DNA from: an uncultured Clostridia bacterium
GTDB lineage: Bacteria; Bacillota; Clostridia; TANB77; CAG-508
DNA length: 63,659 nt
NCBI GenBank assembly: GCA_944393125.1
Contig: CALXZB010000004.1
Span: 1-63,659 of the forward strand
Direction: 5' to 3'
Shown here: positions 29,776-39,562 of the stretch, piece after piece
Numbering within the stretch: the first letter of the stretch is position 1
How the letters are laid out: the number at the start of each line of letters is the position of its first letter
Notes under the pieces: generated by a model
The model's database searches: none
What the model was told of the DNA's origin: nothing
The model's input: the letters and a program-made list of their open reading frames with translations, nothing else
Made by a program: the position numbers and the translations under genes

Positions 29776-30570
29776 ATGTTAAAATTTTGTAGCTTATATA
29801 GTGGTAGTAGTGGTAATAGTTTATTTATAGAAACAGAAAACACTAAAATTTTAATTGATGCAGGAATGAGTTGTAAAAAAATTGAAGAGGCATTATACTC
29901 TATTGAAGTAGAACCCTCTTCAATTAATGCTATCTTAGTGACACATGAACATTCTGATCATGTAAAAGGATTATCAACAATATCAAAAAAATTTGATATT
30001 CCAGTTTTTGCAACAAAAGAAACTTTTGATGCAATGCCTTTGCAAACAGAAAAATTATCTGAAAAAAATATTAACTTTTTTAACCCTTCTGAAAAATTTT
30101 GTATAGAAGATTTAGAAATTCTACCTTTTAGCATTCCTCATGATGCAGCAAATCCATGTGGTTTTAATATATATAAAGATAATTCTCACCAGATTAGTAT
30201 TGCAACAGATATTGGGCATATGACTAAGCCTATACTTAATCATTTAGAAGGTAGTGAATTTATTTTATTAGAATCTAACTATGATACAGAAGTTTTAAAA
30301 TGTTGTTCATATCCTTTTATACTAAAATCAAGGATAGCCAGTGATACTGGACATTTGTCTAACACAATAGCAGGAAAAACCATCTCCTACTTATGCAAAA
30401 ATAGTAGATTACATACTGCAATGTTAGGTCATTTAAGTAAAGAAAGTAATTTCCCTGAACTAGCTTATCAAACAGTTATTGATGAATTAATTTCAAGTTG
30501 CAATAGTAACAACTCTATTAATTTATCTGTTGCAAGCAGAGATTGCCCTGGAAAATTACTTACATTATAA
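29776..30570 (+). CDS. MBL-fold metallo-hydrolase (YycJ/WalJ-like)
   Basis: 264 aa with the HxHxDH motif VTHEHSDHV. Confidence 0.85.
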   Translation: MLKFCSLYSGSSGNSLFIETENTKILIDAGMSCKKIEEALYSIEVEPSSINAILVTHEHSDHVKGLSTISKKFDIPVFATKETFDAMPLQTEKLSEKNINFFNPSEKFCIEDLEILPFSIPHDAANPCGFNIYKDNSHQISIATDIGHMTKPILNHLEGSEFILLESNYDTEVLKCCSYPFILKSRIASDTGHLSNTIAGKTISYLCKNSRLHTAMLGHLSKESNFPELAYQTVIDELISSCNSNNSINLSVASRDCPGKLLTL

Positions 30571-30862
30571 TATATTATTGTAAAGAGAATAATTTAAGAA
30601 CTAAATATAAATAAAATTAATAATATTGGCAATAGGATTTAGGGGGCCTAAAGTTTAGGATGTAGTAATGACATAAGACTACAAAAATGATTATTTGTTG
30701 ATAGTTCAAATTTGGGGGAATTTAAATTATTCCCTTTACAAGATTAAAAACTTAATTTTTTAAAATTATGAATTAATTTTTATTTAACATAATCTTACAT
30801 CAATATTTTCATTTTGTCAACATAAATCGTTCGACAATATTTGACATCTAAATTATTAATAT

Positions 30863-31390
30863 TTAGTATATTATTCTACATACAAGTAATGAAACAATAA
30901 TCCCTGTTATATCTGCAGCTAGAGCAGCAATTATAATTCCTCTAGTTTTTTTTATTCTTATACTACTTGTATAAATTGCAATTGTATATAAAGTTGTTTC
31001 TGTTGCTCCCATAATTACCGCTGCTAAAATTCCAATAAAAGAATCTACACCATTTTGTTTTATTATATCTGTTGCCACAGCCATTGAGGCACTTCCTGAA
31101 ATTGGTCTTAATATTGCTAGAGGAACTATTTCACTAGGAAATTTTAGAAAGTTCAGAATAGGCAATAATAATTGAGTTATAAATTCTAAGATTCCTGAAC
31201 TTCTAAGCATTCCTATTGCCATAAATAGTCCTATTAATGTTGGAAATATTTTTAAAGTAATTTCTATTCCTTCTGTTGCCCCTTTTAAAAATGCATCAAA
31301 TACTGGAATTTGTTCTTTTACTCCTTTATATATAATTACTAAAATTATTAATGGAATAGCCATTATGGAAATATAATTTATTAAATTCAT
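30863..31390 (-). CDS. spmB: Spore maturation protein B (nucleoside-recognition domain membrane protein)
   Basis: 175-aa polytopic protein directly downstream of spmA. Typical SpmB sequence (FDAFLKGATEGIEI...). Confidence 0.85.
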   Translation of the reverse strand: MNLINYISIMAIPLIILVIIYKGVKEQIPVFDAFLKGATEGIEITLKIFPTLIGLFMAIGMLRSSGILEFITQLLLPILNFLKFPSEIVPLAILRPISGSASMAVATDIIKQNGVDSFIGILAAVIMGATETTLYTIAIYTSSIRIKKTRGIIIAALAADITGIIVSLLVCRIIY

Positions 31391-31392
31391 AT

Positions 31393-31974
31393 TTAATCCT
31401 CTTTTTGAGTATATTTGATTATAATTTTAGCACATATAATTCCCACAGTTAGAGAACAAATTGTGGATATCCATACTGCAAATATTATATTAGTAGGATT
31501 TTTTGAACCTAAAGAACTTCTAATTGCAATTACTGTAGTAGGAATTATTTGTAAAGATGCAGTATTTAAGACAATTAGTAACATCATATTATCACTTAGC
31601 TTTTCTTTGTTCTCATTATCTTTTTGTAATTCATTCATTGCTTTTAATCCTAATGGAGTTGCAGCATTTCCAAGGCCTAACATATTAGCAATAATATTCA
31701 TTACTATATTGTTGTATGATTTTTCATTTAAGTTCCCAAAAACTTTTTTTATAATTGGTTTCAACATTTTTGATAGATATTCAATAATTTTTGTGTTAGA
31801 AGCTACTTCTATTATTCCATTCCAAAGACATGTCATTCCTAGTAAAGTTAAACTTAAATTTACTGCGTTTTCAGTTGAATCAAATATTGATTTATTAAGA
31901 TTTTCTACATTTCCTGTAAAAATTGCATATGTTATTGATATAATTATAAAAATTGGCCACAATATATTTAGCAT
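31393..31974 (-). CDS. spmA: Spore maturation protein A
   Basis: 193-aa polytopic protein. MLNILWPIFIII N-terminus and NMLGLGNAATPLGLKAM motif. Confidence 0.85.
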   Translation of the reverse strand: MLNILWPIFIIISITYAIFTGNVENLNKSIFDSTENAVNLSLTLLGMTCLWNGIIEVASNTKIIEYLSKMLKPIIKKVFGNLNEKSYNNIVMNIIANMLGLGNAATPLGLKAMNELQKDNENKEKLSDNMMLLIVLNTASLQIIPTTVIAIRSSLGSKNPTNIIFAVWISTICSLTVGIICAKIIIKYTQKED

Positions 31975-32051
31975 TTATTTCACCTTTATCTATTTATATT
32001 ATACAAATAAATTAATTATAACATTTCTTTTACAATTATTTGAAATTTTAA

Positions 32052-32080
32052 TTGACCATTTATAACATTTATGTTATCAT
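32052..32080 (+). promoter_or_regulatory. Sigma-A promoter upstream of abrB
   Basis: TTGACC (32052-32057), 17-nt spacer, TGtTATCAT extended -10 (32072-32080), about 40 nt upstream of the AAGGAGG SD. Confidence 0.55.
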
Positions 32081-32119
32081 ATATATGAATTGATTTAAAT
32101 TATTTAAGGAGGACAAATT

Positions 32120-32386
32120 ATGAAATCAACAGGAATTGTTAGAAAAGTTGATGAATTAGGAAGAGTTGTTATTCCAATTGAAATTAGAAATAAATTTGAT
32201 ATTGCTGAAAAAGATCCAATAGAAATTTATGTTGATGGTTCTTCAATAATATTAAAAAAATATGAACCAAATTGTGTTTTCTGTGGTAATACAAAAGACC
32301 TAATTTCTTACAAAGATCGATTAGTATGTTCTAAATGTGCACAAAAACTTGCTAGTTTAGATACTACAATTGAGGAAGATGAATAA
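32120..32386 (+). CDS. abrB: Transition state regulator AbrB (SpoVT/AbrB domain)
   Basis: 88 aa. N-terminus MKSTGIVRKVDELGRVVIPIEIR is the AbrB swapped-hairpin domain. Confidence 0.93.
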   Translation: MKSTGIVRKVDELGRVVIPIEIRNKFDIAEKDPIEIYVDGSSIILKKYEPNCVFCGNTKDLISYKDRLVCSKCAQKLASLDTTIEEDE

Positions 32387-32430
32387 ATAATAAAAAGCTT
32401 TAATTGAAAAACTTCATTTAGTTAATTCAA

Positions 32431-33261
32431 TTAAGGCTTTTTTATAAATTTCATATAGATTTCGTTTTTACTTACTTTTCTATCATTGGCAATTTTTTTA
32501 ATAATTTCTTTTTTATTTAACCCTTGTTTCTCATAGTATTTATAATGTTCTTCTAAACTTAAGCATTCAAATTCATTTTTGCTATCTTCTGTTTCATGAG
32601 TAGCTTCTATAATTAATATCATTTCACCTTTTAAATCATCAATTTTATTTAATAGTTCCTCTATATTTCCTCTAATAAATTGTTCATGTATTTTAGTTAG
32701 TTCTCTTGCTAAAACTACTTTTCTGTTTTCTATTACTTCTTTTAAATCCTCTAATGTTGCTTTCATTTTATGTGGAGCCTCATAAATAATTGTTGTTTTA
32801 TTTGCTTTTTTTATTTCTTCTAATTTTTCTTTTCTTAATTTTTTATTTAAAGGTAAAAAACCTAAAAAACAAAATTCTTTTGTTTCTATTCCTGAAACAA
32901 TTAAAGCATTTATCATCGCACATGCTCCAGGTATTGGTATAACTTCTATATTTTCTTCTATTGTTTTTTTTATAACACTTTCTCCTGGATCGCATATACC
33001 TGGTGTTCCAGCATCTGAAACTAATGCAATATTTTCTCCTTTTTTTATTTTTTCAATTAAAATATCGCTTTTTACTTCCTCATTATGTCTGTGATAACTA
33101 ATTAGAGGTTTTGTAATTTCAAAATGATTTAATAATTTTAATGTTTGCCTTGTGTCTTCTGCAGCAATTAAGTCTACTTCTCTTAAAATGTTTAAAGCTC
33201 TTAATGTTATATCTTCTAAATTTCCTATTGGTGTTGCTACTATATATAATTTTCCTGTCAT
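32431..33261 (-). CDS. rsmI: 16S rRNA (cytidine1402-2'-O)-methyltransferase
   Basis: 276 aa. GKLYIVATPIGNLEDITLRA and AAEDTR motifs of the tetrapyrrole-methylase-fold RsmI. Confidence 0.92.
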   Translation of the reverse strand: MTGKLYIVATPIGNLEDITLRALNILREVDLIAAEDTRQTLKLLNHFEITKPLISYHRHNEEVKSDILIEKIKKGENIALVSDAGTPGICDPGESVIKKTIEENIEVIPIPGACAMINALIVSGIETKEFCFLGFLPLNKKLRKEKLEEIKKANKTTIIYEAPHKMKATLEDLKEVIENRKVVLARELTKIHEQFIRGNIEELLNKIDDLKGEMILIIEATHETEDSKNEFECLSLEEHYKYYEKQGLNKKEIIKKIANDRKVSKNEIYMKFIKKP

Positions 33262-33373
33262 TTTTGCTTTTCCTCCTAATAAATCTTATGAAATTATATT
33301 TAATATTTTATCACATTTTAGGATTTTTGTACATATTATATAAAAAATAAGAATTTAAGCGAGTGTGGTTTTT

Positions 33374-33595
33374 ATGTATAATAGATATTACCCTTATCAA
33401 TATAATCGCTCTAAAGAGCAAATTAACTCGTCTAACCAAATGATTTTACCTCGTGGCTCTCCTTCTTCAAAAAAGAATTTTGACTTTAAGTCTTTGAAAA
33501 AAAATACTTGTTCTTCTCTAAATGATGTAGAGTGTTTTTTAAATAATTTTAGTCACACTTTAAAATATATTAGATTAATTAATTTATTAAAATAA
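33374..33595 (+). CDS. Hypothetical small protein (possibly YqfQ-like)
   Basis: 73 aa from the ATG (MYNRYYPYQYN...). Weak resemblance only, and no clear SD. Confidence 0.35.
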   Translation: MYNRYYPYQYNRSKEQINSSNQMILPRGSPSSKKNFDFKSLKKNTCSSLNDVECFLNNFSHTLKYIRLINLLK

Positions 33596-33638
33596 AAAAT
33601 AATAAATACATAAAATATTTATTATTTTTTATTTTTTA

Positions 33639-34175
33639 TTATTTACTTTTTAAATATATTTCTGATAAATTTTCATTTTCTTCTCCATTAATTAAAAATT
33701 TAACAGATTCTATTTCTTTTAAGTTTGTTAAAGTATTAACTATACTATTAATAATTTTTAGTTTGTTTTCTTCTGTTTCATAGTTTAAAAATTCGTTTGA
33801 AAAATTAATAATTGCACAAGATTTTTCTACTTTTATGTCATGCATAGATGTTCCTTCTGGAATTAGTTTTTTTAGATTGCTACTTTGTGGCCCTTTTATT
33901 AACCAATTCATAATTTCTTTATATGGTTCATTTATTAATAAATTTGCATCTACTATTTTGGTTTCGCTTTCTAGTTCTCCTGTCTCACTGTTAGCAAAAT
34001 ATAATATTACTTTTGTTTGCCTCATTTGTTCTTCTGATATTTCTTCTTGAGGTATATAGTCTTGATATTCTTCATTTCCTTTTTCTATACTTACATTGTT
34101 GTATATAAATAGTGCCAATAGTATTATTAGTATTAATGTTATTATCACTATTATTTTTTTTCTCTTTTTTTTCAT
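33639..34175 (-). CDS. GerMN domain-containing membrane-anchored protein
   Basis: 178 aa with an N-terminal TM. GerMN-like core (VILYFANSETGELESE ... IKGPQSSNLKKLIPEGT ... INFS). Confidence 0.75.
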   Translation of the reverse strand: MKKKRKKIIVIITLILIILLALFIYNNVSIEKGNEEYQDYIPQEEISEEQMRQTKVILYFANSETGELESETKIVDANLLINEPYKEIMNWLIKGPQSSNLKKLIPEGTSMHDIKVEKSCAIINFSNEFLNYETEENKLKIINSIVNTLTNLKEIESVKFLINGEENENLSEIYLKSK

Positions 34176-34306
34176 AAATCCCTCCTTATCACTATTGAAT
34201 TTTATTATCTTATATATATAATTAGAACTATAAAATATTATTTACTTTTCAAAAAAATGAAGTATTCTGGTTAAATACTTCATTTTTGTACTATAATATT
34301 ATTGTT

Positions 34307-35956
34307 TTAATATATTTTAATAAATAATTTATTTATATTATTTTTGATATATTTTTTCAAAGCAATTAACATTACACATAATAATATAATAATTGCAGTT
34401 ATTGATACAATAAAATTAATATTCTCAAAAACTTTTGAAAAATAGCTTAAAATTAAACACATAAAAATTGTAATTACATATTGGTATAATTTATTTTTAT
34501 TATTTTTTGATATTGATTCTTCATTTGTCCAATTAAGATTTGGATTTTTTAAATCAATTAAAATCATAATATAACTATTTAATATATTTAATATGCTTGC
34601 TATTATAAATACTATTATATAATATTCAATACCTATTTTAGGAATTTTTAAACTAATTGTGTATAAAATTGTTATTATAACGATTGTATTCAAAAATATT
34701 TGCGGTAAAGTTTTCATTTTTAGTTGATTATATAATGGTATAGGTATGTATTTCATAAATTTAGCATTCTTTCCTTCTCTAGAAATAGAAGTTATAGACA
34801 AATTCGAAAATGTAAATATTAATTGCAACATCCCTACAATCATTAATGTTATTTGTAGTTTAAAATTATCCATTTCTACATTTCCATTAATATTAACCTT
34901 GCTTATTTCTTCTACATAAATTGGAATAATCAAAAATAGTATAATTGCACATATAAGAACTAATATTAAATATTGAACAATATTCTGCATAAAAGATGAT
35001 GGATTTATCAATATTTTTTTTATTTCTTTTTTTATATATTCCATTTTTTTATTTTTTTGCTTGTATTTGTATGTTTTATTTAATATTTTTGGAGTAGTAA
35101 CTTTATTAGGCAAAATATTTTTTAGATATAGCTTCTTTCCTATTAAAATATAAAATATTAATGGTAATGATGTAATAATTATTACTTTTATAAAATTAAT
35201 TGTAATATCTCCATTTTCTTTGTTATCTAGTATCTTAATTAATGGTTCAATTATAAAAAATCCTTTATTTATTTCGTCAACCTTTAGTTCTGTTTGTTGT
35301 GTTTGATTTAAATTATCTTGAATTGGTTTAGTAATTACTTTCTCTACATATCCAATTTCAGTAAATATTATTATATATGATATTATAGTTACTACTATTA
35401 ATTGAAATACATCTTGATTTCTAAATATTTTCGCTAATTGCATAATAAACAACATCATAATACTAATTATTGTTACAAATAAGATTGGGAAAAATAATAA
35501 TGTTATTATCATTGAAACAAAAAATATTATACTTCGAGCTTCTAAAATTCCATACATCAACATTGGTATAACTAAAAATAATGCTTCTACAAAATACATT
35601 ATAACTATTACTGTATTTAATTTTGCAATTAATATTTCTCTTGTTTTTACAGGCAATGACATTACATTTTCTAAGTCTTTTGAATAATAACATATTCTAC
35701 ATATTAGAGTTATTAGTTGAATTATCATTATTGTTGCAATTATTGGCAAATATATTTTTAAAAATAAAATTGGTGCTCCTGCCTTTTGAAAAATACTTAT
35801 TATTTCTTCTGATAAATATGCTAAAGAAAAAGCAAATATAATTAACATCCATGTGAGTATAGATTTTTTATTTAACTTATTATTTCTTATTATTTTTAAG
35901 CTTTGATAATAGTCTTTTAGAAAGACCTTTGTTAATAAACTTATTTTTTTAATCAT
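34307..35956 (-). CDS. ABC-2 type exporter permease (putative)
   Basis: 549-aa highly hydrophobic polytopic protein. Its start overlaps the ABC ATPase stop by 8 nt. Confidence 0.7.
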   Translation of the reverse strand: MIKKISLLTKVFLKDYYQSLKIIRNNKLNKKSILTWMLIIFAFSLAYLSEEIISIFQKAGAPILFLKIYLPIIATIMIIQLITLICRICYYSKDLENVMSLPVKTREILIAKLNTVIVIMYFVEALFLVIPMLMYGILEARSIIFFVSMIITLLFFPILFVTIISIMMLFIMQLAKIFRNQDVFQLIVVTIISYIIIFTEIGYVEKVITKPIQDNLNQTQQTELKVDEINKGFFIIEPLIKILDNKENGDITINFIKVIIITSLPLIFYILIGKKLYLKNILPNKVTTPKILNKTYKYKQKNKKMEYIKKEIKKILINPSSFMQNIVQYLILVLICAIILFLIIPIYVEEISKVNINGNVEMDNFKLQITLMIVGMLQLIFTFSNLSITSISREGKNAKFMKYIPIPLYNQLKMKTLPQIFLNTIVIITILYTISLKIPKIGIEYYIIVFIIASILNILNSYIMILIDLKNPNLNWTNEESISKNNKNKLYQYVITIFMCLILSYFSKVFENINFIVSITAIIILLCVMLIALKKYIKNNINKLFIKIY

Positions 35957-36674
35957 TTTTTGTTATCTCCATAAATAATTCTTCTAATGATTTATTTTCT
36001 TTTAATTCGCTTCTTATTTCCTCTAATGTTCCTACAAATAACAATTCGCCTTTGTCTATTATTCCTACTCTATCACATATTTTTTCAGCAACATCTAATA
36101 TATGAGTTGAAAAAAATACACATTGATTATTTTTTGCTTTTTCTTTCATTATTTTTTTCAATTCATATGTTGATTTAGGGTCAAGTCCAGTCATAGGTTC
36201 ATCTATTATCCAATTATCTGGTTTATGCAGTAATGAGCCTATAATAACTATTTTTTGTCTCATTCCGTGTGAATAACTTTCTATTTTTTGGTTTAATACA
36301 TTTTCTAATTCAAATATTTTACTAAGCTTTTCAATTTGATTTTTTCTTTCATTCTCCTTTACTTCGTATATATCTGCCATAAAATTTAAATATTCTATTC
36401 CCTTTAGTTTTAAAAACATATCTGGATTGTCTGGTACATATCCAAAATTTTGCTTTGCTTTTATTGGGGCTTTTATAATACTATAACCATTTATTTTTAT
36501 ATCTCCTTGGTCTATATTTAAAATTCCTGTAATCATTTTTATTGTTGTTGTCTTACCAGCCCCGTTTGGCCCTAAAAATCCAAATATTTCTCCATTTTTA
36601 ATTTCCAAATTCATGTTCTTTATTGTTGCTTCTTTTTTATTATAGGATTTCGATAAATTTTCTATTTGTATCAC
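35949..36674 (-). CDS. ABC transporter ATP-binding protein
   Basis: 241 aa with a GTG start preceded by AAGGAGG. Walker A GPNGAGKTT, signature YSHGMRQK, Walker B WIIDEP. Confidence 0.9.
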   Translation of the reverse strand: MIQIENLSKSYNKKEATIKNMNLEIKNGEIFGFLGPNGAGKTTTIKMITGILNIDQGDIKINGYSIIKAPIKAKQNFGYVPDNPDMFLKLKGIEYLNFMADIYEVKENERKNQIEKLSKIFELENVLNQKIESYSHGMRQKIVIIGSLLHKPDNWIIDEPMTGLDPKSTYELKKIMKEKAKNNQCVFFSTHILDVAEKICDRVGIIDKGELLFVGTLEEIRSELKENKSLEELFMEITKND

Positions 36675-36704
36675 TTTGTATTTCCTCCTTGACCTTAATT
36701 ATAA

Positions 36705-36742
36705 CATAAAAAAACGATAAAATAAACCTATTCTATCGTTTT
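36705..36742 (-). terminator. Terminator after the T4SS machinery operon
   Basis: On the minus strand, hairpin AAAACGATA ... TATCGTTTT followed by a T-run. It starts about 17 nt after stop 36759. Confidence 0.6.
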
Positions 36743-36758
36743 TATTGTTAGAGCAATT

Positions 36759-39551
36759 TTATAAATTATTTAACTCTCTTACTCGTGTTCTCATATTTTC
36801 TACTTGTTTTTGAGTTATTCCTTTTACACTACCAAATCTCTTCAAATTTTCTTCTAATTCTTTATTGCTCTTAGAATTTTCTGCTAATTTAACACTTGCT
36901 ATGCTTTCTTTATCTGCCCATTTGTCAGAATTGTTCTTATTTACTTTCATTCCTTTTATTATTAGACTGTCATCCTGTATTCCATATTGTTTATATTCAT
37001 ACATTGCATTCATAGCTTGCTTAATTTTTTCCTTATCTCCCTTATCAATATTCAATTCATTTTGAAGTCTTCTTCTCATAGCTTTATCTTTCATAAATGT
37101 TTCTTTAGCTTTTTCTCTCATTACTTCATTATATCTATCTCCATAGTATTCTTTTTCAACCTGCTCTCTTTTTGCTTCTATAGATTGATAATTTCTTTTT
37201 ACATCTGCTTCAACTCTATTAATAGTTCCTGTACTTAATGCTGCACCAATACCAGCTGCTGCTGTTGTATTTTTTAATGCTGTTGAAGGATCTCCAGAAG
37301 CAATTCCTGCTGCTAGTCCTATTCCTCCCAGTGCTAAAGCTGATGCTGCTCCTGCTCCAAATTTTATTGCATCCCCTGGAATTTCTTTTATACCTTGTTT
37401 TGCAGCAGATTTTAGTTCATTTCCTAATAGTCTTGTATTAATCGCAATTGTACTTCCAATTTTCGACCTTTTCTTTTCTTTGACATTTGGAGTTTCTGGA
37501 ATATCATTCGATTCTATATCTTGAGTTTCAGCTTCTATATGTTCTTCTATATTATCTTCATCACTAGCTTGTTCTTGTTGCATAAACCTTGCTTCATCTT
37601 CATTATGTTGATCTTCTAGTTCTTGATATGCTGCAAAATCCTCATCAGACCAATTACTATTATCACTTATTGCTTCTCTTTGAAGTTCTTCCAAATATTG
37701 TCTTTCGTTAGCAAGTCTTGCTTGTTCTTGGCTAGTATTCAATTCTCTACTTCTACTATCAGAATCATTTGTTGAGTCAGTTCTAGTTTCTTCTCCAGAA
37801 TTAGGATCTCCACTAACAAGTCCTTCATATAATCTCTGTTGAGTATGTTCTGAGTCTGGTTTTATAAATAGTTTATTTTTGTCTTCATTTTCTTTGCCTT
37901 TACTTTCTATTTTACCATTTCCTCCCCCATGTCCACCTTTTGCAAATCTTCCTAATGAACTTATAGCTGACATTGTAAATGCTGCTCCTGCTGCTCCTGC
38001 AAATAATCCTGGTGAAGATGCTTTGTTAAATCCAAACATTGTCCTTAAGAATTTTTCTGCTGGAACCATAAATCCAATTGTAACTAATGCATACATAACA
38101 TTTGTTGATACTAGTTCAAAAGCCATTGTTACGAAAATTGTATATAATATTAAGTGGAATGGTTGAATTGCTAGGTTGAATATATATTCTTTTAACCACA
38201 TATCAAAAGCTTGTGCTTTTCCGTCATGTATTTTATCTACAGGATATGTTAGTGCAACAAAAGGTGCAATAACTGTCAAAAACAGTAAGTATAATAACCT
38301 CTTTAAATATGTAAAAGTAAAAACTAATGTAAATATTACTAATGCAAAAAATGCTAATGTATATCCTACATTTTCCATATTATCAGATGCTTCTTGAGCT
38401 TGAATTCTATATAGTCCCATTAAATTTGTTGGCCATTTTATATATTCTTCTCCATTTTCTTCATATAAGTATTGAATTTCATCTGTTTCTAACTTTTTAA
38501 TATTTTCTTTCAATGTTTCTTTATCTTCTACTCCGCTGATAACTCCTATAGTTACATTGTTTCCTAATGTGTTATTTAATATATTAGTTATACTTTCAAC
38601 AACACTATGAGCAAATATCATTATATAATGCATTAATACAATTAAGCATACTGCAATAATCCAATCTCCTAGCATTTGTTTATATTTTGCCTTTTCTGCT
38701 GCTATACTTGTTGCCATCATTCGAATTCCTATATATATTAATACAATCATTGAGCCAAGTAAAGCAATATTTCTTATTATAAAATACCATTTTGCAATTA
38801 TATTTCTTAATTCATAAGATGAATTATTTACAGATGTAGTAATTTGTTCTCCATCTTTCTCATAATAATATCTTTCAACCTTTTTGTCAGAATCACTTTG
38901 CATATCTTTCCATTCTTCAGCTGTAACAGTTATTGGCTGCGAAGATGTTACATTGCCATCTGAATCTACTGTATTATATTCAACATGTAATTGTTTCGGA
39001 TTGAAAATGTTAGCATCAAATAATAATATTTTTCCTGTAAATATTTCCTCTGGACTTATTGTATATGTTGGAAGTACTAATGTATCTCCACAAGCATCTG
39101 CCACAACTGAGCTAACTGCAACCATGACATTTCCAAGTGCTTCATATCCAATAACAGCTCCAACTACAACACCCGTTAAAGCTGTTTTTATCAACGCTCC
39201 TCCAACAAATTTTAGTGCTGCAACTAATAATCCTGGTGCAAAACATGCAGCAACAACAACTAGTACTATTGCTATAACCCATGGTATTATTTTTTCCCAC
39301 CAATTTGCATCAGAACTATCCATTGCTATAGTAGCATCTGTTCCCATAACTGATTTTTGTATTATGTTCATAATACCATCGCCTATTCCCTGGAGTAAAC
39401 TACATATAGGTCCTATCAATATTCCTCCAACACCAGATCCTTCTTCACTGGCATATACTTTTTTTGGTGTTCCTACATTTATAAGTGCAAGAAATATACA
39501 TATACATATTATTAACTTATATAAAAAATTTTTCTTTGTCATAAAAGTCAT
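36759..39551 (-). CDS. T4SS polytopic membrane protein, TcpH/VirB6-like, with long charged C-terminal region
   Basis: 930 aa. Signal peptide ending VYA-SE, then many TM helices in roughly the first 520 aa. An acidic, Ser/Asp/Glu-rich segment follows, then a Gly/Ala-rich hydrophobic segment and a basic tail. It lies directly downstream of VirB4, as VirB6 analogues do in Gram-positive systems. Confidence 0.7.
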   Translation of the reverse strand: MTFMTKKNFLYKLIICICIFLALINVGTPKKVYASEEGSGVGGILIGPICSLLQGIGDGIMNIIQKSVMGTDATIAMDSSDANWWEKIIPWVIAIVLVVVAACFAPGLLVAALKFVGGALIKTALTGVVVGAVIGYEALGNVMVAVSSVVADACGDTLVLPTYTISPEEIFTGKILLFDANIFNPKQLHVEYNTVDSDGNVTSSQPITVTAEEWKDMQSDSDKKVERYYYEKDGEQITTSVNNSSYELRNIIAKWYFIIRNIALLGSMIVLIYIGIRMMATSIAAEKAKYKQMLGDWIIAVCLIVLMHYIMIFAHSVVESITNILNNTLGNNVTIGVISGVEDKETLKENIKKLETDEIQYLYEENGEEYIKWPTNLMGLYRIQAQEASDNMENVGYTLAFFALVIFTLVFTFTYLKRLLYLLFLTVIAPFVALTYPVDKIHDGKAQAFDMWLKEYIFNLAIQPFHLILYTIFVTMAFELVSTNVMYALVTIGFMVPAEKFLRTMFGFNKASSPGLFAGAAGAAFTMSAISSLGRFAKGGHGGGNGKIESKGKENEDKNKLFIKPDSEHTQQRLYEGLVSGDPNSGEETRTDSTNDSDSRSRELNTSQEQARLANERQYLEELQREAISDNSNWSDEDFAAYQELEDQHNEDEARFMQQEQASDEDNIEEHIEAETQDIESNDIPETPNVKEKKRSKIGSTIAINTRLLGNELKSAAKQGIKEIPGDAIKFGAGAASALALGGIGLAAGIASGDPSTALKNTTAAAGIGAALSTGTINRVEADVKRNYQSIEAKREQVEKEYYGDRYNEVMREKAKETFMKDKAMRRRLQNELNIDKGDKEKIKQAMNAMYEYKQYGIQDDSLIIKGMKVNKNNSDKWADKESIASVKLAENSKSNKELEENLKRFGSVKGITQKQVENMRTRVRELNNL

Positions 39552-39562
39552 TTCATTACTCC

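Noticed and set aside
33639-34175. The T4SS cluster as a variant of the sporulation SpoIIIA-SpoIIQ feeding-tube system, because a GerMN-domain protein and sporulation genes lie nearby.
   Set aside because: None of the cluster proteins resembles SpoIIIAA-AH or SpoIIQ. The readable promoters are sigma-A-like rather than sigma-E/F/G-like. The GerMN gene is separated from the cluster by an ABC transporter operon. This remains only a remote possibility.
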